Positions 27,580 through 41,224 of a stretch of 64,000 nt of DNA are shown here, in pieces. Positions within the stretch are counted from its first letter, which is position 1. Each line of letters starts with the position of its first letter. Position numbers and translations under genes: made by a program. This stretch comes from Eledone cirrhosa (lineage: Eukaryota). The notes under the pieces were generated by a model. It saw only the letters and a list, made by a program, of their open reading frames with translations. It did no database searches and was not told the origin of the DNA. The stretch is taken from assembly GCA_964016885.1 (NCBI GenBank), contig CAXHJY010000353.1, positions 66,626 to 130,625 on the forward strand, in the 5' to 3' direction.

Positions 27580-27990
27580 GAAAAGGAAAGAGATAAGAGA
27601 AAGGATAACAAAAGAGAATAGATGAAAGAGAAAGGAAAGAAAAAGGAAAGAAAAAGGAAAGAAAGAAAAAGGAAAGAGGAAAGAAAAAGAAAGGAAAGAA
27701 AAGGGAAAAAGGAAAAGGAAAGAAAGAAAAAGGAAAGAAAGAGAAAGGAAAGAAAAATGAAAGAAAGAAAGGAAAGAAAAAGGAAAGAAAAAGGAAAGAA
27801 AGAGGAAAGAAAGATAACGGGAATAGAAGAAAGAGAAATGAAGTAGAAAGGAAAGGAAAGAAAAAAGAAAGGAAATAGAAAGGAAATAGAAAGGAAAGAG
27901 AAAGGAAAGAGAAATGAAAGGAAAGAGAAAGGAAAGAGAAAGGAAAGAGAAAAGAAAGAGAAAGGAAAGAGAAAGGAAGACATGAAAAAG
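27580..27990. repeat. Polypurine (GAAAG-type) tract
   Basis: Almost exclusively A/G on the + strand; similar tracts at 730-1210, 21700-21870, 30097-30190 and 30530-30770. Confidence 0.9.
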
Positions 27991-28039
27991 AAGTAATAAA
28001 ATACGACTTAAATGAATAAAAATATCTAAACAGGAAAAA

Positions 28040-28230
28040 TTATTGTTTCTACTTTTGGCACAAGGCCAGCAAATACTCCAGTACATTACTGGTACTTTAT
28101 TTTATCGACCCCGTAAGGATGAAAGGCAAAGTTAACCTTGGCGGGATTTTAATTCAGAATTGTAAGGGCCATAACTCTATGTGTCAAAGCATGGCGTCCG
28201 ACCCTCTACCGATACTGCCAACCCACCGCC
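28040..28230 (-). mobile_element. SINE family 1
   Basis: Consensus match. Confidence 0.85.
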
Positions 28231-28289
28231 TAAACATAGAAAAATAATAAAAATGAAAAAAATAATTTCGAAAGGGAGGCAGAAAAAAA

Positions 28290-29850
28290 ATAGTAGTGGT
28301 GTGATTGTTGTTGGTGGTGGTGTTGATGATGTTGGTGGTGGTAGTGTTGGTGGTAGCGTTGTTGTTGGTGTTGTTGATGGTGTGGTGTTGTTGTTGTTGG
28401 TAGTGGTGGCGGTGGTGTTGTTGTTGTTGGTAGTGTTGGTGGTGGTGGCGGTGTTGGTAGTCGTGGTGTTGTTGGTGTTGTTGGTGGTGGTGTTGTTGTT
28501 GTTGGTAGTGGCGGTGTTGGTGGCGGCGGTAGTGGGGGTGTTGGTGGGAGTGTTGGTGGTGGTGGTGTTGGTGGTGGTGGTGGTGTTGGTGTTGGTAGTG
28601 GTGTTGGTGTTGGTGGTGGTGGTGGTGTTGGTGGTGGTGGTGGTGTTGGTGGTGGTGGTGTTGGTGAAAGTGGCATTGACGGTGGTGTTGATGCTGCTGT
28701 TGATGGTGGTAGTGGTAGTGGTGGTAGTAATAGGGTTGTTGTTTGTGGTCGTTTTGTTGTTGGTGTCGGTGATGGTGGTGTTGCTCTTGTCGTTGTCGGT
28801 AGTGTTGGTGGTGGTGGTAGTGTTGTTGGTGGTAGTGTTGTTGGTGGTGGTAGTGTTGGTGGTGGTGGTAGTGTTGTTGGTGGTAGTGTTGTTGGTGGTG
28901 GTAGTGTTGTTGTTGGTGGTAGTGTTGTTGGTGGTGGTAGTGTTGGTGGTGGTGGTGGTGTTGTTGTTGGTGGTAGTGTTGTTGTTAGTGGTAGTGTTGT
29001 TGGTGGTATTGGTAGTGTTGTTGGTGGTGGTAGTGTTGTTGGTGGTGGTAGTGTTGTTGTTGTTGGTGGTAGTAGTGTTGTTGGTGGTGGTAGTGTTGTC
29101 GTTGTCGGTAGTGTTGGTGGTGGTGGTAGTGTTGTTGGTGGTAGTGGTGTTGGTGGTGGTAGTGTTGTTGGTGGTGGTAGTGTTGTTGGTGGTAGTGTTG
29201 TTGGTGGTGGTAGTGTTGTTGTTGGTGGTAGTGTTGTTGTTAGTGGTAGTGTTGTTGGTGGTATTGGTAGTGTTGTTGGTGGTGGTAGTGTTGTTGGTGG
29301 TGGTAGTGTTGTTGTTGTTGGTGGTAGTAGTGTTGTTGGTGGTGGTAGTGTTGTTGGTGGTGGTGGTAGTGTTGTTGTTGTTGGTGGTGGTAGTGTTGTT
29401 GGTGGTGGTAGTGTTGTTGTTGTTGGTGGTGGTAGTGTTGTTGGTGGTGGTAGTGTTGTTGGTAGTGTTGTTGGTGGTACTGTTGTTGGTGGTGGTGGTG
29501 TTGTTGTTGTTGTTGGTGGTGGTGGTAGTGTTGTTGGTGGTGGTAGTGTTGTTGTTGGTGGTGGTGGTAGTGTTGTTGTTGGTGGTGGTGGTAGTGTTGT
29601 TGTTGGTGGTGGTAGTGTTGGTGGTAGTGGTGGTGGTAGTGTTGTTGGTGGTAGTGTTGTTGGTGGTGGTAGTGTTGTTGGTGGTAGTGGTAGTATTGTT
29701 GGTGGTGGTGGTAGTGTTGTTATTGGTGGTGGTAGTGTTGTTGTTGGTGGTAGTGGTAGTGTTGTTGGTGGTGGTGGTGGTAGTGTTGTTGTTGGTGGTG
29801 TTTATGCTGGGAGTGGAGGTGTTGTTGTTGATGATATTGACGATGATGGG
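28290..29850. repeat. Compound GGT/GTT/AGT trinucleotide low-complexity tract
   Basis: Continuous triplet repeats for ~1.5 kb. Confidence 0.9.
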
Positions 29851-30722
29851 GCTGTAATGGAGACGGTGGTAGCTACTTTGTTTTTGTCTGTATTGTTGTT
29901 GGTGCTTATTTTATTATAGTTATTTGCAGTGATGGTGATGACGGTGGTGATGGTTGTGTGGTTATTGTAGTTTCTGCTGCTGATGATTAAGAAGATGGTG
30001 GGGAATGTGTTAGTGTTATTGGTGTTAAGTCGCGTTGGTGGTGTTACATGGTGTTCGGTGATGTTGGGTGTACTGAGTATATAAGACACACGAGAATGAA
30101 AGAAAGAAGGAAAGGAAGAAAGAAGGAAAGGAAGAAAGAAGGAAAGGAAGAAAGAAGGAAAGGAAGAAAGAAGGAAAGGAAGAAAAAAAAAGAATGATAG
30201 AAGTACTACATTGTGTTTTCCTGTATGCTGGTAATAAAATAAGCAAGACTGATCGAAGAATCTAGTCAATTAATTTATAGGGCGAAATCACGTAAGATTT
30301 ATGGGACTCTCCCTGACAAGAACACTGCCAATTGGCAAATAAGTAGATAAAAGAAAGCAGCAAATTGTCTTCAAATGGCTGTATATAAATACCTAATCTA
30401 ATAAATACACACACACACGCACATATATATATACATACATAAGTATGTATGTATATATAATTATGTATGTTTGTGTGTGTGCACGCATGTTAGTGTATGC
30501 AAGGACGTATATATATATATATATATATATAAGAGAGAGGGAGGGAGACAGAGAGAGACCGAGAGACAGAGAGAGACCGAGAGACAGAGAGAGACCGAGA
30601 GAGAGAAAGTGAGAGAGGCGGAGAGAAAGAGAAAGAGAGAGACGGAGAGAGAGAGAGAGAGAAAGAGAAGGATAGAGAGTCAGAGAGAGAGAAAGAGAGG
30701 GAGAAAGAGACGGAGAGAGAGA

Positions 30723-30771
<49 letters not shown>

Positions 30772-31208
30772 ATTTAATGTTGGAAACATCTAGATAATGA
30801 AGTATTTTCTTCTTCGACCATCTAACCAACACCACCACCACCACCACCACCACCACCACCATCAACACCACCATCAACACCACCACCAAAACACTTCATA
30901 GGATTTTTGTGTTTTTACTGAAATGACTGTGCAAAAGTCACAGACCAGCTTTAATGTCTACAAAATACGGTGATTATATTAGATAACATTATATGTTTCG
31001 ATTTAATGGAATTTTCCTTACAAGAAAAATGACCGCCAGAAGATGTAATCAGAACATTTTATTTTCGCTAATAAATCAGCTCTTTAGGTGAAAGATGGAC
31101 GGGAGGTGAGGATCAATGCAGAAAAGTTTCCATAAACAAGCCAGACTTAGCCTAATTTCAGTTTAAGTTACCTTTCATAAAACAATGTTATACGCCAATA
31201 AACGTAGC

Positions 31209-31261
<53 letters not shown>

Positions 31262-31492
31262 AAGCTTCTACAGGACTAGAACTGTTTCATTCATGCGAAA
31301 TCATTCATATATATATATATATCTATTAGAAAAAGAGTCAGGACCCCGACGGCTGAGCTCCGGCCGATTCGACAGCTAGATCCGAACGTTCGGAGTTCTG
31401 ATTCTTTTTCTATTAGCCACTCTACTACTCCAAGTATCGAATACTCTGGTGCGTTATGGTCCCTCTGGTATCTTACCACATCTTCTTTGTTG

Positions 31493-31524
<32 letters not shown>

Positions 31525-31527
31525 TAT

Positions 31528-31578
<51 letters not shown>

Positions 31579-31827
31579 TATATATATATATACACACATA
31601 TATATATATACACATATATCTATATATATATATACACATATATCTATATATATATATACACATATATCTATATATATATATATATACACATATATCTATA
31701 TATATATACACATATATATATATATATATACACATATATATATATATATATATACACATATATATATATATATATATACACATATATCTATATATATATA
31801 TACACATATATCTATATATATATACAC

Positions 31828-32000
<173 letters not shown>

Positions 32001-32057
32001 TATATATACACACACACATATATATACACACACACATACACACCAATATCTATATAT

Positions 32058-32108
<51 letters not shown>

Positions 32109-32143
32109 TATACACACACACATACACACCAATATCTATATAT

Positions 32144-32174
<31 letters not shown>

Positions 32175-32459
32175 CACACATATATACACACATATCTATA
32201 CACACACACACACACATATATATACACATATATATATACACATATATAAACATATATACATAGACATATATACACATACATATACACATATATACACATA
32301 TATGTATACATATACACATATATATATACACATACATATACACACATATATATACACATACATATACACACACATATATATACACATATATATACATATA
32401 TATACACATACATATACACATATATATACACATATATATACACATATATATACACATAT

Positions 32460-32489
<30 letters not shown>

Positions 32490-32490
<1 letters not shown>

Positions 32491-32978
32491 CAGGGTGGCT
32501 GGAGCGAAACTCCCTACTAAAAATTACCTTTGCCCTACTGTGACGACTTAGGTCCACCATTAATGACTTCATGAAGGTGTGACCCCTCCGTGAGAGGCTT
32601 GACCTCCAATTTCCAGGAAGTTGGCTGGGTCGTCGAGGTTCACATGAATGGGCAGCAAAATGCCCTGACATTTTCCAGTGGAGGTAGGTGAAGGAAAACC
32701 TTTATTGCTCAAAACCCGAAACTGACTCAACGAGAGGAACGCATTCGTCATGTACAGACCAACATGACGCCTGAGTTCCTGATGAAGTCAGTCAAGGCTA
32801 TACCCTGTTGATTCCAAACAATGGTTGATAATGCTGATGTCCATGTAGAATGTTATAACCAGTTGTACTTCTACCTCACTCCACAAAATGAAAGTTTGTT
32901 TACGAAAATCGATCGATAATAAATAACTTATAGTTATTAACAATTTTAGATATCGGGTTTCGTTCCACCCACATGATA
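32490..32978 (+). mobile_element. Tc1/mariner-superfamily internally deleted remnant
   Basis: Imperfect TIRs (TA)CAGGGTGGCTGGAGCGAAAC / GTTTCGTTCCACCCACATG. Decayed transposase [20 protein letters not shown] (cf. WIGR..WPxRSPD) and C-terminal MVDNADVHVE. Confidence 0.65.
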
Positions 32979-33291
32979 TATAGCATGTTTAATATAGAAA
33001 TGGCTTAAACAGGAAAGTTCTGATGATTTCTTTTCAATGAAGCAGTTCTATGAATGAAGCCCTGTAGAAGCCATTTCTATATTAAACATTATATTTACAC
33101 TCTACTAATGTATTGAGTACCTTATTTACCTCCGATTGAATCCAGGACTTACACACACGTAAAAAATATATATGTGTACATATATATATATATATATTTC
33201 AGAAGATACCGTTAAGGGTAAAACCAGCGATTCTTTGCTTAAACTTTGATCTGTTACTTTAATCTGTTATTTTAATAAATATTTGCTCTAC

Positions 33292-33327
<36 letters not shown>

Positions 33328-33333
<6 letters not shown>

Positions 33334-33801
33334 AGATGTTGTACCCGGCGTTGCACGGGATAAGGTATTTTGGAACGCGGGCCGCCAACAGACCCAATCG
33401 TGGAAAAACTGCATATAAAGAAAAAAACTGACAATATGTAAAGAAAATAAACCGAATACTCTCATGGCTGGATAATCTCTAAGATTTTCCTCGATGAAGC
33501 AGGAAAAATGCAAGTTTTCACCTAATGCGGGCCCTAGGGGATAAAGAAAATGAATCTGTTTTATGTGCATAATATGCCTTGAAATTTCGGGAAAATCGGC
33601 TAGACGTAACGCCTCAAAAAAAGCTGACAAAAACGCAGTTTTTCACCTAATGCGGCTCCTAGGCGATCAAAAAGTTGAATTATTTCATGTGCATCACACT
33701 CCCTGAAACATAAGTAATACACAGATAAAGTTTGAAAAAGATCGGTTGGGTACTTCTCGAGTTTTAGGGATTCAAACTGACAGACACACGCACATCCACA
33801 G

Positions 33802-33832
<31 letters not shown>

Positions 33833-33835
33833 TAT
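33328..33835 (+). mobile_element. Non-autonomous Helitron-like (Lep1/HINE-like) element
   Basis: 5' hairpin ACCCGGCGTTGCACGGG; 3' region AAAGATCGG..GACAGACA..TTTTATATATA..AGAT. Internal short repeats TTTTCACCTAATGCGG. Confidence 0.5.
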
Positions 33836-33923
33836 ATTATACTTATCGAGCCCTCTTCAGATTATTATTTATATATATATATAAACCCTTTTTGTACTGT
33901 TGACCATGTTATTCTTTACTCTT

Positions 33924-33963
<40 letters not shown>

Positions 33964-33964
33964 T

Positions 33965-34726
33965 ATATAATTGAATATAAAAGAAAGATAAACACGGATA
34001 TATACATATATGTGTTCAAATCGTAAGGGACCAGATTCGCTAAGGTGAAAAAAAATACTAACTATGGACAATAGGGTTTCCCAGACTCAATTTAAGAATA
34101 AACAAAGAAAATAAATACAAACCAGAATTTTAGTAACTACCAATCACCCAGGCAGCTTTTGGTACTGCTGTTTCGCAAATTAATTGTGAAGAGTAATACC
34201 GATTCTTGCTCGTCAGTGTGTGAAGAATTAGTATCCTAGTCACTTCTAAGTATATCAGAAAACTGAATAGTGCGCGTATATATAAGAACGCACATGGTAT
34301 CGGAACTTAGCGTGTCTCACAAACTCACACCACTAAAAATAGCAGCCAGGTTTACTCGACATTTAAATTAGCTCAACAAATTAACGGAGCCGAATATATC
34401 AAAGGTATATATTGAGTTAGAAACACAAAATAGTCTCTCACAATAAAATAGCTCTAGGAAAGAGATTTTTCCGAGCCGTATATTATAATTGAATATTTAT
34501 TTTCTTGATTTATTCTTAAATTGAGTCTGGCAAACCCTATTGTCCATAGTTAGTATTTTTTTCATCTTAGCGAACCTGGTGCCTTACGATTTGAACACAT
34601 ATATGTATATATCTGTGTTTATCTTTGTTTTATGTTCAATTATAATATACGGCTCAGAAAAATCTCTTTCCTAGAGCTATTTTATTGTAAGAGACTATTT
34701 TGAGTTTCTAACTCAATATATACCTT

Positions 34727-34730
<4 letters not shown>
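33965..34730. repeat. Compound inverted repeat between (TA)n tracts
   Basis: 33967-34130 is inverted with 34495-34645, and 34400-34495 is inverted with 34635-34730. Confidence 0.85.
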
Positions 34731-34773
<43 letters not shown>

Positions 34774-35126
34774 GTTATTTGCGCGGATGTTTCGTAGGAA
34801 AAATATTTGGATTCAGATTACCTCTGGATCACAATGAGATTTTTTAATCTCTGCCCCTCACTTTTTCACTCTCTGCCTGTGTCTGGATGTCTGTTTCGCC
34901 TCCCTACCTCAATCACTCAATGTCTCTTTTCGTTCGTTCTGTCTACATTCTTCACCCAACTATCGGACTTTCTCCTGGATTATTTATAACGTCTCTTCTC
35001 TGAGCGAGGAAATATTATTCCTTATATCTGATAATTCCATTTCTCTGTCATTAAGCCAATGACTAACACTTGACGGCCATCACTCCACCTCTCGATAACA
35101 TGTTTTACTCTCAGATTATATATTGC

Positions 35127-35167
<41 letters not shown>

Positions 35168-35451
35168 CATACATATATATATATACATACAATCTCACAC
35201 ACACACACACACACTCACTCACACACATATGTGTATATATATATATATATATATACTCATATATACAAACACACACACACACATACATACATACACACAC
35301 ATACATACACACATACATATATACACACACATACATACATACACATCCATTTATATATATACATATACACATATTCACACACATATACAAACACACACAC
35401 ATATTATATATATATATAAACAGGAACACACACTCACTCGCGTGCGCGCAT

Positions 35452-35534
<83 letters not shown>

Positions 35535-35956
35535 TATACACGCAATCATATGAAAGGAGGCACGGACATATCAATGTAGATAAATAGAATAAATTATATC
35601 GCAGAATTTCCCCGAAATATCCTGATGGATCAATGGACGGCGGAGAAGAATTTTAAGGCTATGATTTATAATGCTTGGATCAACCGTAAATAATGAATGA
35701 TTCGAGATTTCAGTTCGATCTAGATTAATCTTGCTTTAACTTTAGTTCCTTCCTTAAACCATTTACGATGATTTAATTTACTGAATATTCAGGAATCAAT
35801 AAAACGGAAGAGAGCCACCAATACATACATAAACACTCACTCTGAATCTCTCTTGCCTTCTCTCACTCTCTCACAAACACACTCACTCGCAACCACGAAA
35901 GCACCCCCCCCCCCACATTTATATAGATATGTACACACATATGTACGCATATATTA

Positions 35957-36019
<63 letters not shown>

Positions 36020-36057
36020 ATATTAATAAATGGAAACTATATTTATAAAACCATATT

Positions 36058-36123
36058 TATTTTATTACATATATTTCAAGGGTAACCAAGGCAAATTATG
36101 GTGCGCTTTCATCAGATAAAATA
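36058..36123 (-). ncRNA. Type I hammerhead ribozyme motif (family B), left arm of palindrome
   Basis: Inverted near-identical copy of 36245-36310. Confidence 0.75.
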
Positions 36124-36244
36124 CAGATTTGTTTTATAAATAAATAATGATATACCCGGTAAAAAGACAACCTTAACGGTTGAAGCTTCCTGGATAGCTT
36201 CAACCGTTAAGGGTATGTCATTATTTATTTATAAAACAAATCTG

Positions 36245-36310
36245 TATTTTATCTGATGAAAGCGCACCATAATTTGCCTTGGTTGCCCTTGAAATATATG
36301 TAATAAAATA
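36245..36310 (+). ncRNA. Type I hammerhead ribozyme motif (family B), right arm of palindrome
   Basis: TATTTTAT-CTGATGA-AAGCGCACCA..TGGTTGCCCTT-GAAA-TATATG-TA-ATAAAATA; 8-bp stem I, GUA triplet. Confidence 0.78.
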
Positions 36311-36441
36311 AATATGGTTTTATAAATATAGTTTCCATTTATTAATATATTGTGTATTTACTCCATTAACTTGTTGAGTGCTTTATATCAGTTATAAACA
36401 TGTTTAAGCTTGTTGAATCCCAACAAATTAAATATAACCTC

Positions 36442-36479
<38 letters not shown>

Positions 36480-36620
36480 TAGAAGCGGGTATTTAATTTG
36501 TTGGAAATCCGACAAATATAAATATAAATGTTTATAACTGATTTAGAGCACTGCACATGTTCCTGGAGTAAATATTCAATGATATTAAATAAATGGAAAC
36601 TATATTTATAAAACCATATT

Positions 36621-36683
36621 TATTTTATTATATATATTTCAAGGGTACCAAAAGACTTTGGTACGCTTTCTTCAGATAAAATA
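36621..36683 (-). ncRNA. Type I hammerhead ribozyme motif (family B variant)
   Basis: TATTTTAT-CTGAAGA-AAGCGTACCAAA..TTTGGTACCCTT-GAAA-TATATA-TA-ATAAAATA; compensatory stem II changes relative to the other family B copies. Confidence 0.75.
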
Positions 36684-37083
36684 CAAAATTTGTTTTATAA
36701 ATAGAGACATACCCAGGAAAATCATACCTTATCAGTTGGATATTCTCTGGATAGTGGAAATGTATTAGGAATTTTTCAAACTTATGGGGGAATATGCCAA
36801 TGAATATGTAAATAATTGAAAAACACCCGTTTATTTAAACGACTATTGAGAGAAAGAAGATAGAAGAGAAGAAGGACAAAATAGTGTGTGTGAGAGAGAG
36901 AGAGAAGAAGGAAAAAACCGAAGATGAATAAAAACTCATATAATGTTAATTTGAGGGAAATATATTCGGACAATATATATCTTAATATTATGTGTATTTA
37001 TATTAATTGTTTAAAATTTGTTTATAATATAATATTTTTCATTCGTTTAAAAGTAGATAAATAAATAAATAAATAAATAAATT

Positions 37084-37553
37084 GATGGGTATATCATGTT
37101 ATAGATATTCGTGCAAATGTGTTATGAGGGATATTGGTTTTGTATTTTATGTAAATAAATATGTATTTAAAATTGAGAATAATTTAAAATTAAATTAAAT
37201 TAAATTAACTAAGTTAAGTAAGAATATTTATATTTATATGATTTAAAAGAGAAGATAAGGAAAAAACTCCGGTTTTATTTATTTATTATAAGTATAGACG
37301 TTTAAGATACATTTAGCCAGAACATCTATACTTATTTTGACTAAATAGTTTCAGACTAACGAATAAATAAATAAAACCGGAGTTTTTCCTTATCTTCCCT
37401 TTTAAATCATATAAATATAAATATTCTTACTTAACTTAGTTAATTTAATTTTAAATTATTCTCAATTTTAAATACATATTTATTTACATAAAATACAAAA
37501 CCAATATCCCTCATAACTCATTTGAACAAATATCTATAACATGATATACCCAT
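37084..37553. repeat. Inverted repeat with ~200 bp arms
   Basis: GATGGGTATATCATGTTATAGATATT... / ...AATATCTATAACATGATATACCCATC; ~70 bp spacer. Confidence 0.85.
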
Positions 37554-38283
37554 CTATGTACAGCCAACCATGTTACTCTTCATTCTTTCACTATGTATAT
37601 ATATAATTCTGTCATTACCATAATAGAATTCGAGGAGCTTTTCATTCCGAGTCGGGCCCCATCGATACAGTTTGAATCCTGAGCTGGTCAATAGCGAAAC
37701 ACGCGTCACAACTCAATAAATGTAATGACAATTTAGCAACCCTCCACATTATTATTATTCTTGTATGTATGTGTATATATATATATATATAACGAAGGAA
37801 GTGTCGTAAGGAACCAGGTGGACCATAACGCACCAGAGTACTCAATACTTAGGATAGTAGAGTGGGTAATAGGAAATTGTTCAAGATCCCGACGGCAGAT
37901 CTCAAGCCGTTTTGACGGCTATTTCTGGACGCAGAAATAGCTGTCGAAACGGCTTGAGCCCTGGCGTCGGGGTCTTGAACAATTTCTTATATGTATATAT
38001 ATATATATATAATTATCTTTAAAAAGATTTAGGTCAATTTTTTTTGCAGAGAATTCGATTTTATGCGTAGACCAAAAAAATCGGACAACACATAAATATT
38101 ATCAAGACAGTAATTATCTCTAACCAGAAAGATGGAAATCGTGTCACACCGGAGGGTGGAATACTAAATTGAGTTCAGGATTTTCAATATTTTGGGAGCT
38201 GGATATATTTATATATGTATACTGTACCGATGGTACTCGACTCTGGAATGAAAAGCTCACCGGATTTTTGTTATTGTAATGAC

Positions 38284-38413
<130 letters not shown>

Positions 38414-38487
38414 ATAGTATTTACAGCAATTAAAAAAATTAAGGAAATTCAACATTTTTGGCCTCTTATCATTTCACTTTATTATAT

Positions 38488-38644
38488 ATGGATTGGCAGT
38501 ATCGGTAGAGGGTCGGACGCCATTAGTCTAACGCATAGAGTTACGGCCCTTGCCATTCTGGGTTCAAATCCCGTCGAGGTTGACTTTGCCTTTCATCCTT
38601 ACGGGGTCGATAAAATAAAGTTCCAGTAATGCACTGGGTTATTG

Positions 38645-38646
<2 letters not shown>
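38488..38646 (+). mobile_element. SINE family 1 (3' truncated by (TA)n)
   Basis: Consensus head and body. Confidence 0.8.
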
Positions 38647-38689
<43 letters not shown>

Positions 38690-38880
38690 GGTTTGAGGTT
38701 CACCACTGTATAGAGCTGGTCTATTCCGTATGGTCAATCGTAATGCAATAATATAGAGAGTACTGAACGTAAAGCAGTTCAACCGTCTTTGTTTTTGTAG
38801 TTGGTGGTGCTATTACGGAGTTAAATATTATAAAGAAATGACAGGAGGCTGGATTTGTGTAAATCCTTGAAAGGTTTATT

Positions 38881-38938
38881 ATACTATGATCATTTCAATG
38901 ACCGGGTTCCGTATGAATCCGGTGATATCATCAGGTAT
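38881..38938 (-). ncRNA. Type I hammerhead ribozyme motif
   Basis: ATAC-CTGATGA-tatcACCGGaTTCatacgGAAcCCGGTcatt-GAAA-TGATCA-TA-GTAT followed by AATAAA; palindromic stem III. Confidence 0.72.
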
Positions 38939-39314
38939 TCGAAATATAATACGTGAATGTAATAGGTAAAATCCATGGGGCTGAAAATCGAGACCTGAGG
39001 GCGACCGCTATTCTGTTCCTTCAACCTCAGCCGGTCGCCCTGGAGTGACGTGGCTAAATTTTATAGTATGCTACTACCGGTCAGATGAACGAAAACAGAA
39101 AGAGATGGGAGCATAGGTTAACGTCGATCCCATGACACAAGGTAAAAGAAAGAAAGAAAGGAAGGAGAAGAAGGGGGAAGAAAGAAGAAGAGAAGTCAGG
39201 GTTAATGTCAGCTAAAAGAGGAAGGTAACTACTACTGGTCAGATATAGGCAAGCAAGAGGGGGAAGGAAGATAAGTCTGCGGGAGGAGGAGAGGAGAGAA
39301 GGAAAGGAAGAGAG

Positions 39315-40320
39315 AAGTAGAAAAGTAAGGGTTGATGGCTACAAGAAGGAAGATAGAAAGGAAGAGGAAGAAAGGTCGATATTAATGTCAGACCACAGTC
39401 AAGCCAGGAGTGGCGCGAGAAAATTTTCACAGGGACCCGCATCTTAGCGGAGATGAATATATTGGGAGTCAGTGTTTTACAGTGTTTAGACTTCTAGGAT
39501 GAAGTTAAACAAATTTAATAATCAATATTCAATATTAAAGAGGTTAGAAAATTTAAAGTTCAACAGTTTAACAATTAATTATATAATAGTTCCGATTTGT
39601 TCTGTAATTTAAAGGTACTATTTGGCGGTTAAAACAACGGCCGCGCCCCGGGCCCCATGGCGAATTAAGCCACGCCGAATATTTTCATTTACTGAAAGAA
39701 GGGGAAATTTATTTTTCCAAGCACTCCAGGTGAGCTCGTTCGCCAGGGAGCTGGTCGCGCCGCCATTAAAACCCACCCAACAGTCCGACAGAAAGTTGGA
39801 ACTTTAAAATTTAGCTTAGAGAAGTAAAAGAGTAATGGTTGATAGCTACAAGAAGGAAGATAGAAAGAGAGAGGAAGGAAGGTCGATATTAATGTCACAC
39901 CACAGTCGGGCCAGGATTGGCGCGACAAAATTTTCACATGGACTCGCATCTTAGCAGAGGTGAATATATTGGGGGTCAGTGTGTTACAATGTTTAGACTT
40001 ATAGGATCAAGTTAAAAAATTAATAAATTAATAATCAATATTCCATATTAAAGAGGTTAGAAAATTTAAAGCTCAACAGTTTCAGGTTGATATATATAAT
40101 AGTTCCGATTTGTTCTGTAATTTAAAGGTACTATTTGGCGGTTAAAACACCGGCCGAGCCCCGGGCCCCATGGCTAATTAAGCCACGCCGAGTATTTTCA
40201 TTTACTGAAAGAAGGGGAATTTATTTTTCCAAGCACTCCAGGTGAGCCCGTTCGCCAGGGAGCTGGTTGCGCCGCCGCTAAAACCCACCCAACGGTCCGA
40301 CAGAAAGTTGGAACTTTAGA
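39315..40320. repeat. ~500 bp tandem duplication
   Basis: 39315-39808 aligns with 39818-40320 (e.g. AGTTCCGATTTGTTCTGTAATTTAAAGGTACTATTTGGCGGTTAAAAC occurs twice). Confidence 0.88.
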
Positions 40321-40604
40321 ATTTTGCTTAACTCTATCGGATGAAGTTGAAAGAATTCAGAATAACATTATGAAACTAAGGAGTAAGAGGATTGAGAATT
40401 GAACAAACAGAAAATTGAAGATTAGACATTCAAATAACTTCTATGAGGTTTTGGGTTGCGGGGTTTAATTAAATAGTCTTTTATGAAGAAACGTTAATTG
40501 TATTATGTAGATCTGTAATTTATCCTAGTGGGATGTAGAGTACGGGATATAGTCGTGTAATGTTTAATTTTTGTTCTCAGGAGGAGACATTCTAGTGTCG
40601 TGTG

Positions 40605-40746
40605 CTAATGGGTACAGGTCCCAATGTGAGGAGTAGAAATACATGGATACATAGAAGTGGAGTACGTGGAAGAGCTAATGGGTACAGGTCCCAATGTGAG
40701 GGGTAGAAATACATGGATACATAGAAGTGGAATACGTGGAAGAGCA
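40605..40746. repeat. 70 bp tandem duplication
   Basis: GCTAATGGGTACAGGTCCCAATGTGAGG..TACGTGGAAGAGC x2. Confidence 0.85.
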
Positions 40747-41182
40747 CATTGATACAGCAGAGGTATAAATATATAAACATATCAATATATAGGTATAAAC
40801 ATGTAAATAAACCAACAAGAGTGGTGTTGGAGTAAGATGGAGAAATCAGGACATTAATACCCTGTATGTATATATATATACATATCTCTATATATATATA
40901 TATATACATATACATACATGTATATATATAAATATATATATACACACACGCACACACATATATGTATAGACAACTTTATAATGCTTATTAATCATTTACA
41001 CATTCTCTGACTGTTGTGAAGCAATTTTTATGCTGGCTGTCAACTCGTTATTGAATGGATGTTTTCTTCACTTTCCTTCTTTGTGTTCAATCAAACAAAC
41101 AGTAAATTTAAATGTATACACACATCATACACACACAGAGATGTATATGTACTTACACTATTTTACGCACACAAATACACAC

Positions 41183-41215
<33 letters not shown>

Positions 41216-41224
41216 GAGACATAT

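Larger units (their letters stand above)
36015..36355. repeat. ~340 bp near-perfect inverted repeat carrying two hammerheads
   Basis: Arms ~36015-36188 and 36197-36354, centre TCCTGGAT. Confidence 0.9.

Noticed and set aside
28181-29857. 558 aa Val/Leu-rich 'membrane protein' ORF
   Set aside because: Trinucleotide low-complexity tract with no domain or splice support.
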